Below are positions 54,525 through 62,988 of a stretch of DNA of 64,000 nt, in pieces (positions within the stretch are counted from its first letter, which is position 1; every line of letters begins with the position of its first letter). Below the pieces are notes generated by a model. That model worked only from the letters and a program-made list of their open reading frames with translations, did no database searches and had not been told where the DNA came from. A program made the translations under genes and the position numbers. The stretch lies in the NCBI GenBank assembly GCA_001770175.1, contig MEQK01000154.1, forward strand, positions 778-64,777. Reading direction: 5' to 3'. Origin of the DNA: Bdellovibrionales bacterium RIFOXYD1_FULL_55_31. Lineage in GTDB: Bacteria > Bdellovibrionota > UBA1018.

Positions 54525-55817
54525 TCACTCTGGCTTTAAAAACAACTCAGGGGTGAGACGGGACTCAACATTGTTTTTCGCCAGAAATTTTGAAATCTCT
54601 TTCCTCATTGCGGGGCTCAGTCGCTCTTGCGCGCGGGACGCGAGTTCCCTCAACCCAGAGGCCAATCCTGCATCGTTCGGGTTACCGGAGTTGGCGAGCG
54701 CTCGTGCGGCATACTCCAAGGCACCGGATAGGTTGCCGACATACCGGTCAAGAGTAGTCGCACCGAAACTTTCGCCCGAAATATCAAGCCTTCCGGCTCT
54801 CTGCGCGAGCTGGGCCACGAATTCGACCTGCTCCATGCCTTCCTCCAGGTCAGGAACCAAGCGCAATTCTAAATCGTGCGCTGCCACGGGTTCCTTGAAC
54901 TCACCGGGTTTGTAGTAGACCAAACCGCGGTCTGAAAGTTCGTTATTCCAAAGGTTCGAAGCCACATTATGGCTCGGTGCTGTCACGTTATCGACTTCTG
55001 AATAACGGCGTGCCAAACCCAAAACCACTTTGGTCTCAAGCGCCCGGGCGATGGCAAGTCCCTGAGATCTGTTAATCGCTCTCGCAGGAAGCCCGACGTG
55101 GAGGTGCACCTCCGCCGCGGACTCAGTGGCTTTGTAGAATTTTCTCATCTCATCCGCAAACACCCGAGGCACCTGTTCAGAGGAGGGATGCGTGAATTCG
55201 ACGAAACCCCCGTCGATATGGGCAGCCAAATTTAAGCCTTTCCGGGCCATTGCATTTTTTAATGGCGTCACCAAATCACGGTTGACGTTGAATCCGACCC
55301 TGTTGAGTGCGGAATGCTGCACTTTATCCCACAAAACAGCGAAATAGAACGCATTGAGGTCTGTCGGGGTCAGCGGTTTCGACGGATCCACCCCCTTGCG
55401 GAGGGCGAACGCGATGAACTGTTTTCTAGAAAGCCCGAACTCGCGCATCAATTGTTCTATGGGATACGTATACCTCGATGCCGCTTCTTTCAGGGCAGCC
55501 CAGCCTTCGGGATCATCTCGCAAAAGTCGATGCAAGATCGTGTTTCCGATCTCGGAGTCGTGAGAAAAAGTAAGCGGAACTTTCGAACCATCTTTCGCCG
55601 TCAGAAGCATGGGCTGGTTCTGTTTCCAAAAGTTCAGTGGGACAGTCGCCTCGACATTTTTTATCCGAAGCTGTTTCAACTGCTTTCGAGCGCAATCCCC
55701 GGCATGACTATTGAAAACGGGACCAACACATACGAGCAACAATAAAACGACCTGAAAAAAAACCTGAACAACGGCCTGCTGCAGCCGCCGGCCCGCTCGC
55801 GTTGCCAAACCAGACAT
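54525..55817 (-). CDS. Hypothetical protein with N-terminal anchor/signal; faint amidoligase/GS-like motifs
   Basis: Hydrophobic N-terminus (VVQVFFQVVLLLLVCVGPVF). Motifs GGFVEFTHP, AAEVHLHVGLP and AAHDLELRLVP. No confident family assignment. Confidence 0.5.
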   Translation of the reverse strand: MSGLATRAGRRLQQAVVQVFFQVVLLLLVCVGPVFNSHAGDCARKQLKQLRIKNVEATVPLNFWKQNQPMLLTAKDGSKVPLTFSHDSEIGNTILHRLLRDDPEGWAALKEAASRYTYPIEQLMREFGLSRKQFIAFALRKGVDPSKPLTPTDLNAFYFAVLWDKVQHSALNRVGFNVNRDLVTPLKNAMARKGLNLAAHIDGGFVEFTHPSSEQVPRVFADEMRKFYKATESAAEVHLHVGLPARAINRSQGLAIARALETKVVLGLARRYSEVDNVTAPSHNVASNLWNNELSDRGLVYYKPGEFKEPVAAHDLELRLVPDLEEGMEQVEFVAQLAQRAGRLDISGESFGATTLDRYVGNLSGALEYAARALANSGNPNDAGLASGLRELASRAQERLSPAMRKEISKFLAKNNVESRLTPELFLKPE

Positions 55818-55873
55818 GATTTGATCTTACCAAAGCAAAAAAGATCTAGCGAATCGTTTTACCCGTCCGCCAG

Positions 55874-56992
55874 TTAATGATGAAACCCCCGGTGGGGACT
55901 CTGCTCACCGACCCACTGCCGAAGCTCGCAACGGGCCTGTTCACCGGAGACCCTGATCAGGGCGAACGTGAGAAGGTATTGTTGACCCAAACTCGTCCAA
56001 TCCAGGTTGATCATCTTCGTCCAGGTCCCCGTGTTGATATACTGCTTTCCATCCGGGTAAATCTTGTAAATCGGCTTGTGGACGTGCCCCATGATCACGG
56101 TCTGCACTCCCGTTTGCGTATCCAAGATCGTCCGTGCCTGCTTTTCGAGATCAAGAAAAAGCGCGGTTTCCTGCTTCAGAATCTCGGCCGTCGTTTTGAA
56201 GCTGGCGTGCCTCTTCCGGCTATAGGTGAACCGGGTTTTCAGAAAGTAGAAGGCAGAAAGAAAAACATACCGGATCGTGAACCAGGGATCGAAGAGAAGG
56301 CCGAAGAAAACGAAAATTTTGACCGGCCTGACTTTGTCGAGAAATTCCCGTTCCCATTTGAGACGGTTGACGATCTTCAGGACGTAAACGCTTCCCCACG
56401 GGAGATTCAAAAGGGGTTCGTCGAGGTATGGCTCCAGAAGAGGCTTCTCGAAATCGAGCACATGAACGGCCTCGAACTGATTTCCATGCCGGATCTCAAC
56501 GCCCCCCTCGATGCGAATCCGATCCCTATCGGCGATAATCTCGATTTTGTCGCTTGGAAACTTCGCTTCGGGGTCCCATTCCCGAATGATCCGCTCACGG
56601 ACCTTGGGAAAGAACAAATCGGCGTCGTGATTACCGATCATGTAAGTGATTCTCTTGTTGGGCTTAGCGGCGAAACGCTTCAAGGCCGCCATGACCTTAG
56701 AGTGTCCGGCAATGATGGCCTCGAGCTTGTGCAGCGAAATCTGCTCCGTAATCGCGTCCTCGAATTCTCCGAAATACGGCACATTCAAAAAATCAAGAAA
56801 ATCACCGTTCAAGAAGAGTTCGACGTCGACGGGGCCCTCGGCACTCTCGTCATAAAAACTCGTCGAGAAATAATCGAGAAAATCAACCATTTCGTCATCG
56901 AACTTGAAGTCTTCATGCGGATTAAGCCGGCCTTCGAAAAACTTGCCCGCCGATAGATGACAATCGCTGATGACGAGTTTAATCTTGTCCAC
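55874..56992 (-). CDS. Calcineurin-like metallophosphoesterase
   Basis: GTG start. Motifs DxH (ISDCHLS), GD (LNGDFLDF), GNHD (IGNHDAD) and GH (IMGHVH). Hydrophobic segment mid-protein. Confidence 0.8.
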   Translation of the reverse strand: MDKIKLVISDCHLSAGKFFEGRLNPHEDFKFDDEMVDFLDYFSTSFYDESAEGPVDVELFLNGDFLDFLNVPYFGEFEDAITEQISLHKLEAIIAGHSKVMAALKRFAAKPNKRITYMIGNHDADLFFPKVRERIIREWDPEAKFPSDKIEIIADRDRIRIEGGVEIRHGNQFEAVHVLDFEKPLLEPYLDEPLLNLPWGSVYVLKIVNRLKWEREFLDKVRPVKIFVFFGLLFDPWFTIRYVFLSAFYFLKTRFTYSRKRHASFKTTAEILKQETALFLDLEKQARTILDTQTGVQTVIMGHVHKPIYKIYPDGKQYINTGTWTKMINLDWTSLGQQYLLTFALIRVSGEQARCELRQWVGEQSPHRGFHH

Positions 56993-57023
56993 GATTTTTA
57001 TTATAGCCTACAATCAGAACTCG

Positions 57024-58313
57024 ATGAGCCAGATTGCTGCGCGACTCTGCATTTTTTTTTATTGCCTCTCCCCGGCAACGGGACTCGCGGCCGGAAATGT
57101 TCCCCGGCCCCAGCCCCGGCCCAGCCTCACCCCGGCAAAATCTTCCACCCGTTTCCTCCTCCCGAATACCGGGACTTCCATGGTTCTTCAAAAGGAGATC
57201 ACAGCACTCCTTCAGGAGTACAACGCGATTCACCCCAATTCCCAGGTTCAGCTGATCCGGAGGGGCGACCCATTCTCATCGTTACGGGATCTGATTGCCA
57301 TGTACCTGGCCGGCGATGTTCCCGAGATCGCGGTCATCGAATGTGGCGAAACGCCCGCTGCCGAAGCGACGGGCTTATTGAAGCCCTTCCCGCGTCTGCC
57401 TCGCCACTCGATGCCGGCGGCCTGGTCCGCTTTTCCGCACTCGCAGCCACAGATGGCGCTTCCATTCGAAAGAACGCTTCCCGTGCTCGTGGCCGACCAG
57501 GAAGTTCTGTTCCGTCTGAAGCTGGAGGCCAACCGATTGCCCAAGACCTGGAATGAATTCACGGCCGTCGCGCAAAAACTCTCGTCATTGCTCAAAAATG
57601 AGAATCAGGAGAGGCCGGCCGCTGAACAGTATGCGCTCGCTTTGCCACTCCAGGGGACTCGCGGATTGTGGCTTTTTGAAGCCTTGGCCGGAAAGCCTCT
57701 CTGGAAGAGAGAACCCGGAGGACTCAAGTCGGAGCGCAAACTTTCTGAGCCGATTTCCGTTCTTCAGCGCTTGCTGGACACGCCCGGACTGGCCCGCCCC
57801 GAAGAAAGCTGGGAGCGCGCGGTGCAGGCCTTTCTCGACCGAAAAGCCCCGCTTCTGGTCACCGCGCTCGACGCTCTTCCTCAGATCACGTCCCAAGCGA
57901 CCTTTCGCTGGATCGCGGCTCCCATGCCTCGTATCAGCGAACGCGACAGCCCGCAATGGGCGACCCTGCAGGGCGGGACAAATCTCGTGATCACGCGGAA
58001 CTCCCCCGAGGTGAAATCATTTCTGGAGTTTTTCTACTCGCCGGGAGTCGCCGCGCGCTGGGTCGCTGCCGGAGGGTATTTTCCACTGAATAGCAGCCAA
58101 AAAAGCATCATCTTGAAAAACTCGAACCCGCCCCACTATGCCAGGATCATTTCAGCGATCCAACCCGACGCGCACCGCACGAGCGACGTCGAAGTGGTGC
58201 GCGCCCGTTCAGCTTGGATTCAGGGCCTGCAGCTCCTGTTCGGCGATGCATCGAAGCGACTCGCGAGTGAGGACGTTTTCATCCAGCTGGATCGACTGCT
58301 CGGGACTCAATAG
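57024..58313 (+). CDS. Extracellular solute-binding protein (family 1-like), orphan
   Basis: ORF 56970..58313; ATG 57024 gives the signal peptide (RLCIFFYCLSPATGLAA). SBP-like N-lobe pattern (VQLIRRGDPFSSLRDLIAMYLAGDVPEIAVIE). No permease or ATPase genes adjacent. Confidence 0.65.
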   Translation: MSQIAARLCIFFYCLSPATGLAAGNVPRPQPRPSLTPAKSSTRFLLPNTGTSMVLQKEITALLQEYNAIHPNSQVQLIRRGDPFSSLRDLIAMYLAGDVPEIAVIECGETPAAEATGLLKPFPRLPRHSMPAAWSAFPHSQPQMALPFERTLPVLVADQEVLFRLKLEANRLPKTWNEFTAVAQKLSSLLKNENQERPAAEQYALALPLQGTRGLWLFEALAGKPLWKREPGGLKSERKLSEPISVLQRLLDTPGLARPEESWERAVQAFLDRKAPLLVTALDALPQITSQATFRWIAAPMPRISERDSPQWATLQGGTNLVITRNSPEVKSFLEFFYSPGVAARWVAAGGYFPLNSSQKSIILKNSNPPHYARIISAIQPDAHRTSDVEVVRARSAWIQGLQLLFGDASKRLASEDVFIQLDRLLGTQ

Positions 58314-58357
58314 CAAAGCAATTGACCCGGCCCAAAATCCGTATTAGGAAGTTCAGT

Positions 58358-58585
58358 ATGGCAGAAAAAAGCAAAAAATGGCCTGATAACGCTCCCGGCT
58401 CCTACTTCGTCGACGATCAATGCATCGATTGCGACGCTTGCCGCGCGGAGGCGCCCGACAATTTCGCCCGAAATGACGAACGCGGTTACTCCTACGTCGT
58501 GAAGCAGCCTGCGTCGCCTCAAGAAGAAGCTCAGTGCAAATCGGCCCTCGAGGCCTGTCCCGTCGAAGCGATCGGAAAAGAATAG
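58358..58585 (+). CDS. Small ferredoxin
   Basis: ORF 58322..58585; ATG 58358 follows AGGAAG. Contains YFVDDQCIDCDACRAEAP...ACP. Confidence 0.85.
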   Translation: MAEKSKKWPDNAPGSYFVDDQCIDCDACRAEAPDNFARNDERGYSYVVKQPASPQEEAQCKSALEACPVEAIGKE

Positions 58586-59167
58586 TCAGCCGTTCGTCTT
58601 GAACGGAAATTTTGCCCGCACGATGTAACAGGAGCCGCCCGGCCGTGGAATGCTTTCGTACAGGATAGCTTCGCGAATCAGGGAAGCCCCGAACTCGCTT
58701 TGTTTATAGCACGAAAGAAGATCGCCGATCCGTGCGGCCCTTCGGATCTTCCCGATCGTCAGGTGGGCGGAATAGGCGCGATCCTCGGGAGCAAAACCGA
58801 GCTTCTCCATCTCTGATTCGACGGCCTTTGCGAGCTGCTGAAGCTTGCCGCCGTCGTCCGCGCCAACCCAGATCACCCGCGCGCAATCTTCTCCCGGAAA
58901 AGCCCCGACTCCGGCCAGTCGCAATTCAAATTCGGGGAATTCGCCGCACAACGATCGAAGTGCTTCGTTGATCAAGCCAAGCTTTTCGGGTTCCGTCTCT
59001 CCCAGAAATTTCAAAGTGAGATGAAAATTCCCGGGTAACGTCCATCCGACTTGCAGGCCGATTCTTTCACACTCGGCCCGCAGCCGCGCCGCACCTTCAA
59101 CCACGCGCTCGAGAACGGTACGACCGGGCGAAACGCCGATAAAAAGTCGGAGTTTGGCGCTACTCAC
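58586..59167 (-). CDS. thpR: RNA 2',3'-cyclic phosphodiesterase (2H phosphoesterase, ThpR/LigT)
   Basis: Two HxTx motifs (NFHLTLKFLG, SAHLTIGKI). Confidence 0.85.
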   Translation of the reverse strand: MSSAKLRLFIGVSPGRTVLERVVEGAARLRAECERIGLQVGWTLPGNFHLTLKFLGETEPEKLGLINEALRSLCGEFPEFELRLAGVGAFPGEDCARVIWVGADDGGKLQQLAKAVESEMEKLGFAPEDRAYSAHLTIGKIRRAARIGDLLSCYKQSEFGASLIREAILYESIPRPGGSCYIVRAKFPFKTNG

Positions 59168-60582
59168 AAAAACCCGAGAAAGCCCAACGGAAACCCCAGC
59201 GTGACGCCCATGCTCCTCGAGGAATACTGTTCGGAATCAAGCTTTTCTTCCCAGGCGATGTAGTTGATCTCGCCAAAGAGCGCCCCAGACCCCCAACGAA
59301 TCCAGGTATTGTAATAGGCTTTTCCCTGAATCGAGGGATAGACAAAACCACCCAAGGTCAGATTACGTGCTCTTCCGAGGAAATCGTAAACAACGACCTC
59401 AGCTCCTTGCGGGGCGCCCAGCAGAAAATAGTACTGTCCCCCCGTCCGAAAAGCGATCGAGTGCACGCCCAACATCAAATTCACCGCGACACGCCGATCG
59501 AGAGTCCGGATGTATTCGCTGCTCAGGTAAACTCCAAAATCGGAGATGAGTTGCGCGTTCGCGGTAACGGCGCCAAACGCGACCAGGCGCATGCTCTCCG
59601 TGATGAAATAGGAAGAATACAGCGTGGGCATGAGAGTGGTATTGGAAACCTCATGACTCTCATCCCGGAAATTGAAAGCATACGGTCCGATCCCGAGGCT
59701 CACCGCCCCATGATGGAGCTGTCTCGGAATAGAATAACGCAACCGCATTTCATGCGATCCGGCCCGCAGCAGAATCGTCCCGGGATCCGCGTAAAGACGA
59801 AGAGGCCATAGCGACACTGAAGAAGACGGGGTTTCGATTCCGCCAACAAGAATCGATTGTCCGACATTATCCCAATACACCAGAACTTCCAGACTTGAAG
59901 TGCGGTAAATCGACTCGGTGTGAACCATCCGGCATCCGATGTAAACCCATTCATCCGCCTTGAATCCAAGCGATTCGGTCTTGAGCCCGTACCTCGAACA
60001 ACTTGTATCCAAGTACACGCGAGCCGTCTTGGATTCACTGCGCGGACGAAATACGACACGCAATTTTCCGTGTATATCCTTTGTAACGCCTGTGTCAGGG
60101 GCACGGACGCCCTCTCGAAATGGTCGGATCCTGAGCTCGATCGGATTCTGGTCGCCAGAAATCAGCGCGACCGGGATTTCCGCCCTCCCTTGATGGCCGC
60201 CTTGCACCGAGACCGCCTGGGAAAAGCCGGCACTCGTGATCCGGCCACCTTCGATTCGATCCATCTCGAACAGAATCCTTGCCCTCGGCAAAACGAGCAA
60301 TTCGGAGACCCTCACCCACTCGAGGCTCCTTTCCTCGATCCTCACCGTCACGCCCGGAATCGGCTCTCCAATCCACTCAATCCGAAAATCTCCGACGTTA
60401 AAATCGGTCGGCGCGAACGCGGTCGGAACCGATTCCGAAAGAACCTCCATCGAAAGCTGAGGTGGAATCGAAAGAACATAGGCCAGCGCACGATCACCCG
60501 AGGTCAAGAACGCCCAAACGAATGTCACCAAAAAGACCGAAACTACGCTCATCTGTTTTGTTCGGATCAACATCCGCCCCAC
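59164..60582 (-). CDS. Hypothetical envelope protein, possible C-terminal beta-barrel
   Basis: N-terminal signal/anchor (VVSVFLVTFVWAFLTSG). The C-terminal half shows an alternating aromatic/aliphatic beta pattern. The stop overlaps the thpR start (4 nt). Start uncertain (three ATGs). Confidence 0.55.
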   Translation of the reverse strand: MGRMLIRTKQMSVVSVFLVTFVWAFLTSGDRALAYVLSIPPQLSMEVLSESVPTAFAPTDFNVGDFRIEWIGEPIPGVTVRIEERSLEWVRVSELLVLPRARILFEMDRIEGGRITSAGFSQAVSVQGGHQGRAEIPVALISGDQNPIELRIRPFREGVRAPDTGVTKDIHGKLRVVFRPRSESKTARVYLDTSCSRYGLKTESLGFKADEWVYIGCRMVHTESIYRTSSLEVLVYWDNVGQSILVGGIETPSSSVSLWPLRLYADPGTILLRAGSHEMRLRYSIPRQLHHGAVSLGIGPYAFNFRDESHEVSNTTLMPTLYSSYFITESMRLVAFGAVTANAQLISDFGVYLSSEYIRTLDRRVAVNLMLGVHSIAFRTGGQYYFLLGAPQGAEVVVYDFLGRARNLTLGGFVYPSIQGKAYYNTWIRWGSGALFGEINYIAWEEKLDSEQYSSRSMGVTLGFPLGFLGFL

Positions 60583-60670
60583 TCCCCACTCTCATGAGAA
60601 AGTTATCATGTCGGAATCCTGATATTTAATGTACCATGTTTTCTGATCAACTATCACTGCCCAAGAACGA

Positions 60671-61579
60671 ATGACTAAGAACGTACCATCCCCGATTCTG
60701 GTTTTGCTGGCGCTCATTACGGTTCAGATCCTCTTTGGGGTCAACTATGTCGTTTCGAAAGTAGTCGTCGAGGCATTTCCCCCGCTTGTTTGGGCAAGCG
60801 CCCGAATCATTGTTTCGGCGGGGATTATGCTCTGGATCGCTAGACTCTCCGGAACCGATTCGCCCAGGGGTAAGGAATTTTTCGGCCCGCTCGTTATCTT
60901 CGCCCTGCTCGGGATCATCATCAATCAGTCGTCGTTTCTGGTCGGGCTGCGATACACGACGGCAACAAACAGCGCGATCCTGAATACGCTGATTCCGATC
61001 GTGACTTTCGCGATCGTGACCATCCGAGGGCAGGAAAAGCTCACCCCGACTCGCGCGCTGGGCTTTGCTTTCGCCTTCGGCGGCGTCCTCATCATGCGAA
61101 AGATCGAGGACTTCTCACTTTCTGATAAAACGCTGATCGGCGATCTCCTGACGATCCTGAATTGCGTCAGCTATGGATTTTTTCTCGCCTACAGCAAATC
61201 CTTTTTCGAGCGCTATAGCCGGATGTGGACGACCGCTTGGTTGTTCCTTTACGGAAGCGTCGGACTGACCGTATTAGCACTCCCGGATTGGATCGTGTTC
61301 AAAATGCCCGAAATGACCCCCCTCCTGATGGGATGCATGGCCTTCGGTGTGATCGGAGCAACGCTCCTGACGTATTTTCTGAACTTCTGGGCACTGGCAT
61401 ACGCAAATGCCTCGTCGGTTGCGATCTTTATCTATCTTCAACCGATCGTGGCGGCTGCCCTCGCGTGGCTCTGGTTCGGCGACTCGGTGAGTCTCCGGAC
61501 CACGCTTGCGAGTCTCCTGATTTTCGCAGGCGTCCTTCTCGTCATGAAGGTCAAAAAACCACCACGAAAAGAGGTTTAA
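60671..61579 (+). CDS. DMT-superfamily (EamA) transporter
   Basis: Ten TM segments arranged as two EamA-like halves. Confidence 0.9.
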   Translation: MTKNVPSPILVLLALITVQILFGVNYVVSKVVVEAFPPLVWASARIIVSAGIMLWIARLSGTDSPRGKEFFGPLVIFALLGIIINQSSFLVGLRYTTATNSAILNTLIPIVTFAIVTIRGQEKLTPTRALGFAFAFGGVLIMRKIEDFSLSDKTLIGDLLTILNCVSYGFFLAYSKSFFERYSRMWTTAWLFLYGSVGLTVLALPDWIVFKMPEMTPLLMGCMAFGVIGATLLTYFLNFWALAYANASSVAIFIYLQPIVAAALAWLWFGDSVSLRTTLASLLIFAGVLLVMKVKKPPRKEV

Positions 61580-61680
61580 CTATTTGAATTTTCAGTGATT
61601 TTTACTATAACAATCTACTTCAAAAATCGTCTCAATTGCGATAGACACATTTCTTGCAATTCCAGAAATGAGTATCTGAC

Positions 61681-62550
61681 ATGAGTGCTACATTTAATTA
61701 CGATCCCACCTACGCCATTATCCTGATCGCGCTGCCGCTTATCTTGGTTTTGGCCTATTCAGTTCGCGTTCTGATGAAGGGCCGAGCCCATTATGATCGA
61801 GTTGATCGACAAGGGAGCGGCCGTTTTCTCAGCAAGAGCGTCATGGAAATGGGCTATTGGGGCATGCAGCCCTTCGCCAAACTTCTCGTTTTCTTTCAAG
61901 TCACGCCGGATCAGATCTCCTGGTCTTCCATTCTCTTCGGTTTTCTCGGCGGAGCATGCCTGGTTTTCGGGCACTTCGGATTCGCGGCCGCTTTGATCGC
62001 GATCTCAAGCATTCTCGATTCGCTTGATGGAATGGTCGCAAGAATGACGGGCACTTCATCCGAAGCGGGAGAAGTACTGGATTCCGCAATGGATCGATAC
62101 GTCGAATTCTTTTTCCTCGCGGGCCTCGTAATCTATTATCACGAGATCATGCCGCTCATGATTCTCACCTTGGTCGCGCTGCTCGGCTCCTTTATGGTGA
62201 GCTACTCCTCCCTGTTCGCCAGAGCCGAGCGGGTAAAACTTCCACCCGCAAAATGGAGCATGCGCCGCCCTGAACGTCTCGTCTATCTCGTTACCGGTGC
62301 CGCGCTCTCGCCTGTCACCATTCCCTGGCTGGAACGAGTTCGCGAGTTTCCGGTCGCGATCGGCCATCCCATGGTGATCGCGCTCGGCGTCGTGGCCGTA
62401 TTCGCCAACGTCTGCGCGGTGGAGCAGTTCTTCCATACAATGAAAGCGATTCGCGTCCGCGAAGCCGAGGCCGCTCGCAAAGCGGAACAGGACTCGGGTC
62501 ATGAGCTTGAAATGATCGAGCACGAAGCGCCCTCCCGGCCTCACCGTTAA
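61681..62550 (+). CDS. CDP-alcohol phosphatidyltransferase
   Basis: Full D-x2-DG-x2-AR-x8-G-x3-D-x3-D motif (DSLDGMVARMTGTSSEAGEVLDSAMD). Polytopic. Confidence 0.85.
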   Translation: MSATFNYDPTYAIILIALPLILVLAYSVRVLMKGRAHYDRVDRQGSGRFLSKSVMEMGYWGMQPFAKLLVFFQVTPDQISWSSILFGFLGGACLVFGHFGFAAALIAISSILDSLDGMVARMTGTSSEAGEVLDSAMDRYVEFFFLAGLVIYYHEIMPLMILTLVALLGSFMVSYSSLFARAERVKLPPAKWSMRRPERLVYLVTGAALSPVTIPWLERVREFPVAIGHPMVIALGVVAVFANVCAVEQFFHTMKAIRVREAEAARKAEQDSGHELEMIEHEAPSRPHR

Positions 62551-62568
62551 GAGGGGAGTGACGCTTCA

Positions 62569-62973
62569 ATGAGCACCCTGGATTTGGCACGACCATCTTT
62601 GATCAAAACATTCAGCCGCTCGCAAGTGGCCTCTTTCGTGGCGACCATGGCCGATTTCGGCCTGCTGTTTTCCCTCGTTGAGTTTTTTGGCGTCTGGTAT
62701 GTCCTCGCGACCGCGCTCGGCACTCTGACCGGAGGCGTGACGAATTTCCTGCTGAACCGATATTGGAGTTTTCAGGCGGGACATCGAAAATGGCACGGCC
62801 AGGCTCTGCGTTACACCTTGATTTCGGGGACCAGCATGATCCTGAATACCGGGGGCGTTTATCTCGTCACCGAGTACGGGCATATCCACTACTCGATTTC
62901 CGTGATCGTCGTATCGATTGTGATCGGCGTTTTTTTCAATTTTCCATTCCAGAGACATTTCGTCTTCAGATAA
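62569..62973 (+). CDS. GtrA family membrane protein
   Basis: 134 aa with four TM segments and GGVTNFLLNRYWSF. SD GAGGGGAG. Confidence 0.85.
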   Translation: MSTLDLARPSLIKTFSRSQVASFVATMADFGLLFSLVEFFGVWYVLATALGTLTGGVTNFLLNRYWSFQAGHRKWHGQALRYTLISGTSMILNTGGVYLVTEYGHIHYSISVIVVSIVIGVFFNFPFQRHFVFR

Positions 62974-62988
62974 TCGAAGGAAGAAACC

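Noticed and set aside
55877-56956. 359-aa plus-strand ORF almost exactly mirroring the 372-aa minus-strand gene
   Set aside because: The minus-strand frame carries the ordered metallophosphoesterase motifs (DxH, GD, GNHD, GH). The plus-strand product is low-complexity (Arg/Leu/Pro-rich) with no motif. It is a typical antisense shadow ORF in GC-rich DNA.
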